A stretch of 63,378 bases of DNA, counting the filler, from Hyphochytrium catenoides (taxonomy: Eukaryota > Protista > Hyphochytriomycota), in the NCBI GenBank assembly GCA_900088475.1. It is 11 parts of 11 records of this genome, joined end to end, with 100 filler letters (N's around TTAATTAATTAA, not from the genome) between each part and the next. Parts side by side here need not be neighbours in the genome. Positions count along the whole stretch, not along the records: positions 20,127 to 42,179 come from FLMG01004086.1; 10 more parts are not named here. One strand, 5' to 3'. Below, piece by piece: positions 26,060-37,046 of the stretch. The notes under the pieces were generated by a model. That model was not told the DNA's origin. It ran no database searches and was given only the letters and a program-made list of their open reading frames with translations. The position numbers and the translations under genes were made by a program. Within the stretch, counting starts at the first letter, position 1. Each line of letters opens with the position of its first letter.

Positions 26060-26210
26060 TCATTCATAGATTTTCCTCGTCCATCACACTCGAACTCCTT
26101 ACACTGCAGGCGCTGAGAGAAGTCATTGAAAGCAATTACCTAACCGGCCAGGTCCGTTTTATTACCACAGACAATGCCTCTAACATGGTCAACGCTATGG
26201 AAAGGGCCCC
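26060..26210 (+). mobile_element. hAT transposase fragment
   Basis: LQALREVIESNYLTGQVRFITTDNASNMVNAM contains the hAT TDNASNM motif. Confidence 0.7.
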
Positions 26211-26494
26211 AGACCTTGATCATAGTTAATATTAGGGATGTTGGTCGGGTCAGCCCGCGGGTCAAAGCTCTCAACCCGGGCTGGCCCGTGGGTCAAGAAT
26301 CCGACCCAGGTCCAATCACTAATGAAGCTTGCTCTACTGTTTTGTCTATTCTGACCATGATGAAGGTGCTCAAGGCGCCAGCAACAGAAGAAGATCGATA
26401 GTTTCTTAGCATCTTCCGAGGGAAGTTGGCACCTGTCATTGGTCATTGGACATCTTGACGGAGTGCTTGGAGTCAGGCTGCTGGGTCATGATGG

Positions 26495-26782
26495 GCGCTG
26501 TAAGGAAAGGCCTCTCGGTTAGGCTTGGCAAGAGTGACTGCTTACTACTATCAATCATTATATTTTCCACTTAGATCACAGTCCTTTCCCTTAGTTCTAC
26601 ATTTGCTATGAGGGCTCGAGTGTACAGTGGTCGCGACTGTGTATTCCCAATGACGCAAAAATACGGCGCCCAGCTACCAAATGTAAGGGAAAGGACGGTG
26701 ATCTAAGTGGAAAATATGATGATTGATAGTAGTAAGCAGTCACTCTTGTAAGCCTAACCGAGAGGCCTTTCCTGACAGGCGC
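26495..26782. repeat. Inverted repeat, arms 26495-26605 and 26678-26782
   Basis: aggaaaggcctctcggttaggctt...caagagtgactgcttactactatcaatcat...ttttccacttagatcac is present on both strands. Confidence 0.9.
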
Positions 26783-27200
26783 AGTTGTCGCTTCTGACGA
26801 AGAAGGCACCTGGCTAAACCGGAGTAGCAAGTACGGCCCAGCGAAGTGCGGCAGTACAACTAGAAAGAAGCCTCATAAATGGGCGAGCTCTTTCTTTTTT
26901 GTGACTTGGAAGCCTGGTGAGTCTGTAGCTGTCCAAGTGTAGCTTTGCATGTGATAACCCATACCGAGATGAGCGATTCTTCTCGAATACAAGGCAGCAT
27001 CTTGGCTTGATTCTGGCCCGTCCGTACCTAGGTATGGTGGCAATCCGCCTGATAGAGTTGGCTTCTTAGTCCTCTGGCAAGAAGCCATCATCGCCTCCAG
27101 TCCACCAATCCCTTGCTTCGCCTTGATATCTTCGAACGATAGCGAGTCGAGACGAGTTGGTGCGTCAAGTCCTGCGTACAGCAAATAGAATCCCCGCCAG
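26680..27200 (-). mobile_element. Possible second hAT transposase remnant, opposite orientation
   Basis: GLDAPTRLDS resembles the hAT LDVxTRWNS motif; carries one arm of the inverted repeat. Confidence 0.4.
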
Positions 27201-27832
27201 CGCTGGAGGATATTGAAGGCTACAATCTCTTTAGGGATAGGATCTTAGTAACTCTCATCGTGGGTCTAAAATCACTTCTATGACATCGCACGTCGGGGAC
27301 GAGTCTCCTCAATGATCCTCCTGCTCATATCTGATACTTTATATCAGATGCTGGAGGAGAAGCGTGAAGAGAATGAATGATGAATCCTAAAAGTCATGAG
27401 AGCAAAGCAGCTTGGTGTGCATGGAATTAAGGCATTGAGAGCATATGTCACACCTCAAGAAAACCGGCTCTACTCCTGTCTATATGCCGACAGCTTGCGC
27501 GTTTTGAAGTCGATGCCGTCCGACCTCTCCTTTCTTCTCAACTATCTTCTCCTAATAACAGAATCCTCTAGCTGGCCAAGGAGTTCCCCCGCCCGCGGCT
27601 GACTTTTGCTAAAGCAGCAACCTGCTGATGAGGTCTGAGCAGCTAGTGATGGCCTCTCACTACGCCAAAGTACTATGGAGCCCAGAAGCTACTAGCTTCC
27701 TTCGCCGCGCTTATTAGACTTAACCTTCGCTCTCCTCCGTTTCTTCTCGCTGGAAACGACTCCATTTTTTTATGGGCAGGAGGTATGTCCACCTTATGGA
27801 CAGGGGAGGTATGTCTACTCGTCAACATCCCG

Positions 27833-29328
27833 TTAAAGGCCATAGCTGGACGCACATTCCAGTCCTGCCGCCCAGAAGGCAAGCTTCGAATCCACGGCCA
27901 GGCCATGAGTCGCGCGATAGCTTTACAGAGCAAGAGACGTTAGTCCTCGCACTTGGAGAGAAGAACTCAAGTTGGGAGAAGGTCTTCTACCTTTGTAGAC
28001 GTTTATAGAGCCCAGAGAGGGGCAGAATGAGGGGCCAAATATGCTCATCCTTGTCTAGGTCCTGGTCGATGAGTGAGAGCACAGCAACAGGAGAAGAGGC
28101 ACGGACAGTCAATAGAGTAAGTGCAAAGCGAGAGAGAGGGGGCCACTAGACTGACAAGACAAAGACATAGCGAGCGAGAGGATGAGAGACAGAAAGAGAT
28201 GAAAGGAGAGAGAAATGAAGTTGGAGAAGGTAGAAGTCGCCAAATAAGAGAGATACAGAAAGAGAGAGATACAGAAAATCAAGCACATCCCACACTCAGA
28301 GACCCAGAGGCGGAAAGAAGTGAGGATAGAAGAGAAGGGAAGCCTATCATAAGGCATCTCCCCATATATGTTATCACCTGTTTGATAATGCGATTGGCTT
28401 CATCATCGCCATCGACCTCTAGAGTAACCAGAGCAGTGGACTCATTGCTCTTCCAAGGATCGGTAAACACCTCAAAAGGAGAGACACCAGAGTTCGCAAC
28501 CTTTCCAGTTAGGCCTCAAGAGAGGAAGCGCGCGAGGGAGACCGGAAAGGGAGACACACAGCAGAGAGAGAGAGAGTGAAGCAGTCGTCATTGAGTTGCC
28601 TATAAGGGCAAGGGGAGAGTACTCTCTTGACCTACCGCATTCTTCCTTGAGCTCTCTAACAGCTGCCTCTTCCAGACTTTCTCCGCTGTCTATGAGCCCT
28701 AGAAACATACCGAAGACAGGAGAAAGAAGGACGCGGGGCCAGACACTGAGACAACTAAGAAAAGCAAGAATGAAGAATCGAAACGTCCAGTGGACACACC
28801 TGCAGGGAACTCTATGCAGTACTTGGCAACAGGTGGTCGATAGACAAGGACAAGCGCGATCCTTTTCCCGCCGTGCTCAGTGAAGCGACTGGAGGAGACA
28901 AGAGCTGCACCAGAAACCAAGAGTAGAGTAAGAAGAGTGATATGAAAGGTTAGGACCAGCTCCGGATGGTGGAGTTTCGGAGAAGAACAACAGCTCACCT
29001 ACAATTTCTACGCCATCGATCTGTCCCGGCCTGTTGGTGGTCCTTTGAACGGCTTCCCAGATAGTTTGCTGCTCTTCCCCAGCCTTGACCTCTGTCAATA
29101 GCAAAGAAGGGTATTGCGGAGTCAGGGACGGCTGGAGGTTGCTGGACGTGGCCTGCCCTTCTGAAGCTACGCACCAGAGCGAACTTGCAGCAAATTTAGC
29201 TGTAGCCACTTGGCCTTGTGCAGGCAAGACGTCTCCACGACTGCCAGCTTCTCTTTGCGCTGGTGCTCTATAATATCTTCAACCACTTTGTCAGGATCAT
29301 CGAAGAGGCTGAACTGCCTTGTTGTCAT
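27833..29328 (-). CDS. NUDT5: ADP-ribose/ADP-sugar pyrophosphatase (Nudix, NUDT5/YSA1-like), 7 exons
   Basis: Exons 29328-29175, 29091-28999, 28904-28800, 28698-28636, 28514-28378, 28061-27991 and 27920-27833 splice in phase. Motifs WEAVQRTT, YRPPV...IEFPAGLID, Nudix box GESLEEAAVRELKEECG and DPWKSNE. Confidence 0.9.
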
Positions 29329-30279
29329 CGTTGGCCGCAGGGAAGGCCGGACTGACGCCTTACACTAGCAAGCACCGCGGCAATGTGTTTGTTAAGGACA
29401 AAGATCAATTCCTCTTCTTTCCAGCTACCACGTAGGCGCTTCCTTATGAGTTGTGAAGCGATAAGACAGGCGTAACCACAAGCAGGAGGACTTGGTGTCT
29501 CCAACAGACGACGCAACATTCCACAGGCTCATGCTGTGGGCCTATGAAGGTGTACTATCCGGCAAGGACAGCGAAGGGAAGNNNNNNNNNNNNNNNNNNN
29601 NNNNNNNNNNNNCTCTCTCTCTCTCTCTCTCTCGCTCTCTCTCTCGCTCTCTCTCTCGCTCTCTCTCTCTCTCTTTCTCTCTCTGGATCTGTGAGATGTC
29701 TGTAAGATTTGGGTGACAGAGAAATTTGGGACATCAGAAGCATCCATCTGCCCTGATAAATTCGTCATCCAATGCCGGCTATTATTCTCTTATGTTTCTG
29801 ATGTATTACAGTAACCAGAGACGGATAAATACATTGCCCATGAAACGTCATCTACCCGTTATTGTCGTATAAACGACGATGGCGTAACATTAGCGATTGA
29901 AGGGATCATCAATGTGCTGCTGAAGCCTAAGCTTTAGCTCTGGCGTCTGGTTTTGATGAGGACGGGCAAGGAGAGGCCATAGAAAGCTGAGGATAGCTCC
30001 TTCATTAGCAAATAGTTGCCTCTGCCCCTGGTGCGGAGGACCAATGGCGCATACTTCCACACAGCCCCGACCTCTGTCACGAGGCAACAGAGAAGGCAGG
30101 GCGGTAACTAAATGCCTCGTGGTGCAAGGCCCTCACGTCCGTCATTATATGAGTGGACCAAGCGCAGTGGTCCGTACATAGCACGACGGAGCCTAGTTGA
30201 TAGTGGGAGGGACACTGAAAGATCTGCATCCACTGTCGTCGTCTCGACAGACGGCTACGTGTGCTTCGTAATAATGGAC

Positions 30280-31316
30280 TCAGTGAATAGGGTTCAAAAA
30301 GCGCTCGACAGCATCCAAGACTAGAGAAGGCTTTTCTCGATGTGGGACATGTCCTACTCCCGCTGCGACGAGCTTCCTGCCATCTTCACCAGCAAAGCTA
30401 GAGATGATGTCCGGATGCCGCAGGGAGCCATACTCATCCCGATCCCCATGGATAGCTAAGATTGGGCATCCAACCAATCTGTCGTCGATGGAATATTTCT
30501 TATGTTGACTTTGTCGAAGGTCAGCCTCAAGAGTCCAATCCGTAAAAGTAGGTGCCAGCCACGTCTGGATCCACGCCTGGAGGACCCAGTCAGCTTTACA
30601 TTGACCACCAGCAACCACCAGGCTGTCAGTCTCATCAGGATGGTACCTCCGTAGCCTGTACATCTGTTTCGGATCTGAGAACACCTGCTCTGCTTCTCGA
30701 ATGCCTTTGATAGTACGGTCTTCAACAAATGCCTGGGCAGACTCGGTGACAATAGCGAGAAATCTTCTCCTTGGCTCTGCGTCACTAGAGTATTGCTCCA
30801 CCGCTACATCGGAGATTTCTGTCATCACGGCCATACCTCCACCTACGGAATGTCCGAAAAGGATGTACGTGTCAATGCAGAAGAAGTTCAATAGCTGAGG
30901 AAGCGTCTCCCGAGATTCCAGCTCTATAAAGTTTCTAGACAAAGGCAGGGAGGGCTTCTGATCATCAATGAATAGCCTAGCTGAGGATTTGCCAAAGCCA
31001 AGACGATCATAAGCAACGACTTGGCGTCTCGTCACTCTTGAGAGCTCGAGAGGGAAGTCGCGCCATAACTCCACACATCCCAATGAGTCGTGTAACAAGA
31101 TTATCGGTGCCTTGCCCTTTCTGGCGCTCTCAGGCGGACTCCACTGTCTAGCGTAGACTTTCTTATCGTTTCCCAGTAGTGCTCTGAGATTCTGATCTCT
31201 GCGGGTAGCTTGCTAGAGCCTGCGCTAAGGCTCCTCTTCTTCTTAGTGAGCTTAGCACTCTTTGTTAGGCTGGTGGTGGGGTATCGCTTTTGGCCCCTAA
31301 GTGCTCTTAACATCAT
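30280..31316 (-). CDS. Alpha/beta-fold hydrolase, bacterial type, intronless; apparent 1-nt frameshift near 31162
   Basis: LLHDSLG, YDRLGFGKS, nucleophile GHSVGG, IHGDRDEYG and GHVPHRE. The hydrolase frame has no upstream ATG; the ATG at 31316 is in another frame. Confidence 0.85.
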
Positions 31317-32343
31317 ACTGTGCGCCGACCTCAGTGGCCTCTCCCGTTGTGCAACTAAAAGATATAAACGTGTGAGTGTCGCCTCTGCGCCACCGCGACC
31401 AATGGCACGTTGACGCGTAACTGAGCTCAAGACGCATAAATGCTATCATAAAAGTACATCCTGCCAATAGAACGTTGGATGCCCTTAGCTTTTATAAGCA
31501 CTTGACGGAGTGGAATTCCTCTGACCTCGTTCAACCGGGCCATACAGCGAGTAACCTCTCGTTTTATCTTGGATGTGTAGCGGGAGCAGTGGATAACAAG
31601 AGACCGAGGGACGGATATCCATGGGCTGAATGATAGTCAACTAGGGCCCTGTTTGCTTCTTTCAGCCACTACCCTTTGAACATCGCCGTGCCTGGCTGAA
31701 GGCTAATGAGCCACTCTTCTCTCATCACTCAGCCGCTAGTAGCATCCGCCACTGTGCGCGCGAGTCTCATCAACCCGCTCTAGGTCTCTCCTGGGTCTCT
31801 GGATCTTCAGTCTGAAGCCCTGACTGCTCGCCATCCGAGAAACTTTCTTGGCCTTGTCGCTGGCTCTTCGGCGTGTTGGCCATCACATCCCTGGACGTAA
31901 GCGCAAACTACAAGTACAAGTACAAGTAAAAGTATATGTATCTGCCATACGAACCAAGTACCGCTCTGATACAGAAAGACAACAGTACTTTCCAAGTCCC
32001 AAGTAGATCAAGAAACCTCACTTGTACTTATATAAACGCTCACGGTACAGGGGGAGGTCAGGATCGCTCATGGCTCTTCGCATTGCTTCAGAAGATTCAA
32101 CAGCGGCGCTTCTCTCGCAGCTCATCGGGCGCAACCTTGCTCTTGGCAGTTGGCGGCAGCGTGCTGTCGGTCTTTCTGCCCTTGCTTCACATTGTTACCT
32201 TCTCTCTTTGACAGAGCTTCAAGCTCTGACCAAGCGCTCTCTCTCTAGCATAACGTGTTGAGGCAGAGTTGGCCAACTCCAACGTACCCACAGCTGTTCC
32301 GTTTGGCAGCACAAACGCCGCCGGGTGACGTAGAGTGCAAACC

Positions 32344-33237
32344 ATGCCAGCACGATCCAGAACTAGCTCAGGATATAGCCAAGTTCCAGGCAATGGCATG
32401 GAGACAGGGTCTGAAGGGAAAGACCAGGACGAATGCAAGAAAGGTCAAGGGATACTTACGGAGAACTTGACCACAAAGCTCCACGCAGTTGCTTGGATGA
32501 CTGCGGCAGGGGCACTCGTGCACTTCACTGACTTTTTCTCTATCTTCCATGACACTAGGACGAATAGGTTGGTGAAGCATCTAGCTGCCCTCTAAATACA
32601 CGCTTATTTTTCTCCTTCGCTTCATTGTCTGGTTTCCCTCCATAGTTCCCTTAGCCCTCAGTATTCTCCCGTGTCTCTATCTTTGTCCTTATGCTCCTGA
32701 CATTAGCTACTGTTCTAGGGTAGCTCTGAATATTGCGGTAGGAGGACTGGCGACGAACAGCTGCATTGTCTTTTACCTGGCCATCTACTTGCCCTACATC
32801 GCCAAAGTTAACAAGGAATGGTCGGAGTATTGCCCTCGAATGATCCCTGCTTGCACCATAGTGGGCGTTATAACCACCTTGAGGTACAGGCTGGGTCCGT
32901 GTTCCCCAAGTCGGATTCTCTACCAGTTCCACAGATCCCAATCTGATCCCTTATCTTAGTTCATAAACTGCTTATGCTGCCATAGATGAATGTTCTAGTT
33001 CGGCTCCCTCGCATTGACTTTTACCTGCAACACTCCTGTTTGGCCGTTGTTATTCTTAGAACATTATGCCCGCAAGGAACTCACATGCATCCTCTGTCTT
33101 TGTCCACCAGCGCCCTCATAGCTCTATGGCCCTTATGGGGTCTTCTCACGCCCTTCATATTGGCGGTCATAGGGATTGGAGCGCTTATGTCCGCTCATTT
33201 TATTCCAGCACTACCAGCAGCACCCACATCGGGCTAG
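32344..33237 (+). CDS. TMEM128: TMEM128-like membrane protein, 3 exons
   Basis: Exons 32344-32567, 32719-32883 and 33111-33237 in phase; HAVAW...TDFF, YLAIYLPY...EYCPRMIP, IALWPLWGLLTPFIL. Confidence 0.8.
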
Positions 33238-33861
33238 TCAGCGGAGCTTAACGACAATCTCTTGCTCACCCCTATTGTCTACACGATGCATCAAGGAGCC
33301 TCTTTTCCCAGGCGTTGCATTCGAAAGCATTGTTGACTTTCTGCGTATGGTGGTCAGATTTCAACTGCTTCCTTCGCTTCCCAACGGAGACCGTGGATCA
33401 GAATTCTTGTTGCACTTCTCTCCACCCTTCACTCTCCGCGGATGAGCTTCCTTTGTCGCACTTCTCTCCATCCCCCTAATTACACTCCTATGCGGCAGTG
33501 GCTACTATTACCCTGAGTCTTTCCCACAAAGATATGCCGAAGAGGTTATTAGGGTGTAGCGGGGTTGTCTATCGCTATCACTCTGTACAGGGCTACCTCT
33601 TCAGCGATGTTCCTCTCTCAGTCTTCCGTCATCAGATCTCTCTTTGTGACTCTCGTTATTTCCTTGTTCCCCACCAGTTATCTGTGCGTTGCAAAACTGT
33701 CACTCAAGAACCACTTTGCACGTCAAGTCAGCAATTTAGCTTTGTTATCTTGTTTATAAAATGAACCAATAATCTTTGTAATAAATAAGGTCTGGAATAA
33801 CAGACACGAGAAACTCCAAGGACAGAGCCAAACATCAGGCGCTAGCAGCAGCTTGCCAGCC

Positions 33862-35028
33862 TTAAACAAACAGCTTCAGTACCACCTGCACCGCAACCAT
33901 AGATAAAGAAGCAGCCATCGCCGTGAACGAGACTACACTCTTAGGAGCGTCCTCTAGCGCCTCCATGCCCAGCTCAAAGATCGCTACATAGCCCATCGCA
34001 CCCGCAGCGAAGCCCAGTCCGACGGGCAGAAGCGGTAAGAAGTTATCGACAAACATAAAGGCTGGTACAGCCATTAATGGCTGCGGAATGCTAGAGAAGA
34101 CCGCCCAATAAGCAGCATGTGAGATAGAGATTCCCTTCGGGATAAGAACGAGTGCTACCGCTAGCCCTTCTGGTACATTATGGACCGCCATCGTGGCAGA
34201 GATCAATGTGCCCAGCTTTGACCCATTGTCTCCGCCAAAGGAAACACCGACACCCACTCCCTCAGTGAAAGAATGGAGAGTCATCACGCTCATGATCAGC
34301 AGCGCTCGTCTAGCATTCAGTCCGTCCAGGCTTTCCAGGTGAACATCTTCATGCTCGTCCAAGAAGCGCTTCGTTAAAAGGATGAAGCCAACACCTAGCA
34401 CAACGCCTAGAAAAGCTCGCACAGGAGCTGGAAAGAGTGCAGAGACCTCTGAAGGCTCCATGATTGCCTCAGCAAGCAGACAGATGCTTGCCCCTATCAT
34501 CATCCCAGCAGCAAAAGCATTGCNNNNNNNNNNNNNNNNNNNNNNNNNNNNNNNNNNNNNNNNNNNNNNNNNNNNNNNNNNNNNNNNNNNNNNNNNNNNN
34601 NATGCGCACCACCAGACGTTCTGCAAACTGTTAACCTTCACTTCATTGCCCTCTGGATCTAGCAGCGCTTTGTATGGGAAGCTGTATGCCGTCACCACTA
34701 GCAGTCCAAGACCTATAAATATAGTCTTCAGCGAAGATTTATTCAGCCAAGGTTCTGACTCTTTTGATGTCTCCTTGTTTGCCGTGTGGCTGTCATTAGA
34801 GGTGTTGTCCTCTTCTTGCACGACACTCTGTCCTGGTGCCTGCTCCGGCTCGTCCTCTACGGTCTTTGCTGATTCATCTGTGGTGAGGTTGCTGAGGAAA
34901 GGCTCACTTTCAGCCTGGTGAGCCTGGAGATCAAAATCACTGTCGCTGTAGGGCCGCCGGCCACGATGGCGTGTGGGACTCGTAGGGGAGGTTGTAGGCT
35001 CTGTCATGGATTTCGGCCCTTCACACAT
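33862..35028 (-). CDS. ZIP-family (ZupT-like) zinc/metal transporter; spans an N gap
   Basis: AFAAGMMIGAS, MTLHSFTEGVGVG, AVHNVPEGLAVA and GFAAGAM, with multiple TM segments. Confidence 0.92.
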   Translation of the reverse strand: MCEGPKSMTEPTTSPTSPTRHRGRRPYSDSDFDLQAHQAESEPFLSNLTTDESAKTVEDEPEQAPGQSVVQEEDNTSNDSHTANKETSKESEPWLNKSSLKTIFIGLGLLVVTAYSFPYKALLDPEGNEVKVNSLQNVWWCAXXXXXXXXXXXXXXXXXXXXXXXXXXXNAFAAGMMIGASICLLAEAIMEPSEVSALFPAPVRAFLGVVLGVGFILLTKRFLDEHEDVHLESLDGLNARRALLIMSVMTLHSFTEGVGVGVSFGGDNGSKLGTLISATMAVHNVPEGLAVALVLIPKGISISHAAYWAVFSSIPQPLMAVPAFMFVDNFLPLLPVGLGFAAGAMGYVAIFELGMEALEDAPKSVVSFTAMAASLSMVAVQVVLKLFV

Positions 35029-35339
35029 TTTATACTAAGCGCTGCCAAAGTGATAAAGGTCAGATTGCCGATATCTGCAGCTGCAGATAAAGCTCCAAGA
35101 GGCCTACACGACGTAGAAGCTGCGATCTGTATGGTCTTCACTTCAGCAATGCATCAGTGCAGCGCTCTTTCTTCCGTTGATTGACTCGCCCTTGCCCGTC
35201 CTCGTTATAGAAATGAAGATTGGAAGACGTCAGTGAGGCCCGTCTGATACGGAGAAAGAGAATCTAAGAGCGGAAGCCAACGAAATGATGCGGCCAAAGG
35301 GTGGAAACAGTTGTTCAACGAGAGAGAAAGTGAGAAAGC

Positions 35340-35352
35340 TGTTTCTTCTCGT

Positions 35353-35430
<78 letters not shown>
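35340..35430. repeat. (CT)n microsatellite
   Basis: Pure CT run; one of dozens of CT/GA tracts in the window. Confidence 0.95.
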
Positions 35431-35432
<2 letters not shown>

Positions 35433-35739
35433 CATGGATGGCACTTTCTATCTCTCTTGGGCCGTCTTATTCTGTGTCCACCCAGAGCTTTGGCAGCTTC
35501 TGACAGAGCTCAGGTGCGGTTCTCTATGAAGCTCTGGGACTCTGTCTGTCTCTCTGCCTCTTCTCATCTGTAAACAGTTATCTCTTTTACCCTCTGTCTC
35601 TGTCAACCAAAATCTAACTTGCATGTCTCTCTTTATCAGTTACCCCTAGCTATATATATTCTACATCTTCGTGCCATCTCTTTGTGACTCTGTCTCTTTC
35701 TCTTTCAAATCTCTTCTAGACTCTGTCTCTCACTCCTCA

Positions 35740-35960
35740 GATGCCTTGTGATGGTCCACAGCAGTTGTGAACCGACTCCATCTTACCCAACAAATTTTGT
35801 GAAACCTTGGGAATCTTCCTAATTCACAGTTTTTCCTTAGGTTCAATACCACTACTGTATGCCTTTTCCTCACTCCAATCTTTCATTGAAATGTTGCGTT
35901 CCAGATAGACTCCCGCTGCACATAACCAATGCAGGTCTTCCTTCCCCCTCCTCCTCTTCT
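35740..35960 (-). mobile_element. Possible decayed non-LTR (RTE-like) RT fragment
   Basis: Weak resemblance to the region downstream of the RT catalytic motif, spread across frames with many stops. Confidence 0.2.
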
Positions 35961-36474
35961 CTCTACTCAGAACGACCAATCAACCCTCTTTCTGTAGCCT
36001 GTCTCGCCTTTAGGTAGTTTGGCCGTGTACATGGCTACGTGGTCGCACGCACAGTTGGTAAATAATACCCCTGTAGTTATGCAGCCTTATTTGCTATGAC
36101 CGTATTTGACATATAATTTACATCTCTGGAAGATTCTGATACTGTCTTACCTCTTTTGCCCTGATTAATCCGTTACTGCTCAAGTAAACTAACATTATAT
36201 TTCACTCATATTGAGTTTATAGCTCAATTTGTGGTGAATAGAATACATAAGGCCCAACGGGGAGACAGAGTAACGAAGAGGAGTCAATGACAAGAGATAG
36301 AGCGGTGTAAGACCGAGTTTACATCATGGTGGAGCACAGAGAGACCCATAGACCGAGAAAGAATAGGAAAGAAAAAGGGCCTAAAGATAAAGAAAGACAG
36401 GGTGACAGCACTAGAAGAGATAGCGAGACAGAGGGACAAAGATAGAGGTGAAACATATGAAGAGGAGAGAGGAG

Positions 36475-36529
<55 letters not shown>

Positions 36530-36530
36530 G

Positions 36531-36561
<31 letters not shown>

Positions 36562-36900
36562 GGAAAGACAGCAAGAGAGAGAGAGAGACAGAGAGAGAGA
36601 GGAAGAGAGAGAGGGGGAGAGAGAGAGAGACAGAAGAGTCAGGGAAAGAAAGAGAGACAGAAGAGACAGTGAGAGAGAGACACAGAAGAGACAGCGAGAG
36701 AGAGAGAGCGAAAGAGAGAGAGAGACACATCCATCTTTCATCACCAAAAGCATCAGAAGGGTCTGGAGGAGCCTCTGCAGACGAAGCGGCACTGATCGGC
36801 CACAGCAGATGCCAGAAGACATTCCCCATCTGGCCAAGGGAAGGAGCAAGAAAGGAACATAAGGGGCCAATTCTCTCTCTTTCCTTCTCTCTCACTCGCA

Positions 36901-36960
<60 letters not shown>

Positions 36961-37046
36961 GTCATTCTCTCTCTATCTCTCTATCTCATTATTTGGAGCC
37001 ATCGGAGGTGGAAAGCATGCAGAGATAGAGTCATTACTGAGTGAGT

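Noticed and set aside
31550-32240. Possible minus-strand spliced gene (RRAMSDPDLPLY then a second exon)
   Set aside because: Splice signals are plausible but the frame closes quickly and no homology was recognised.
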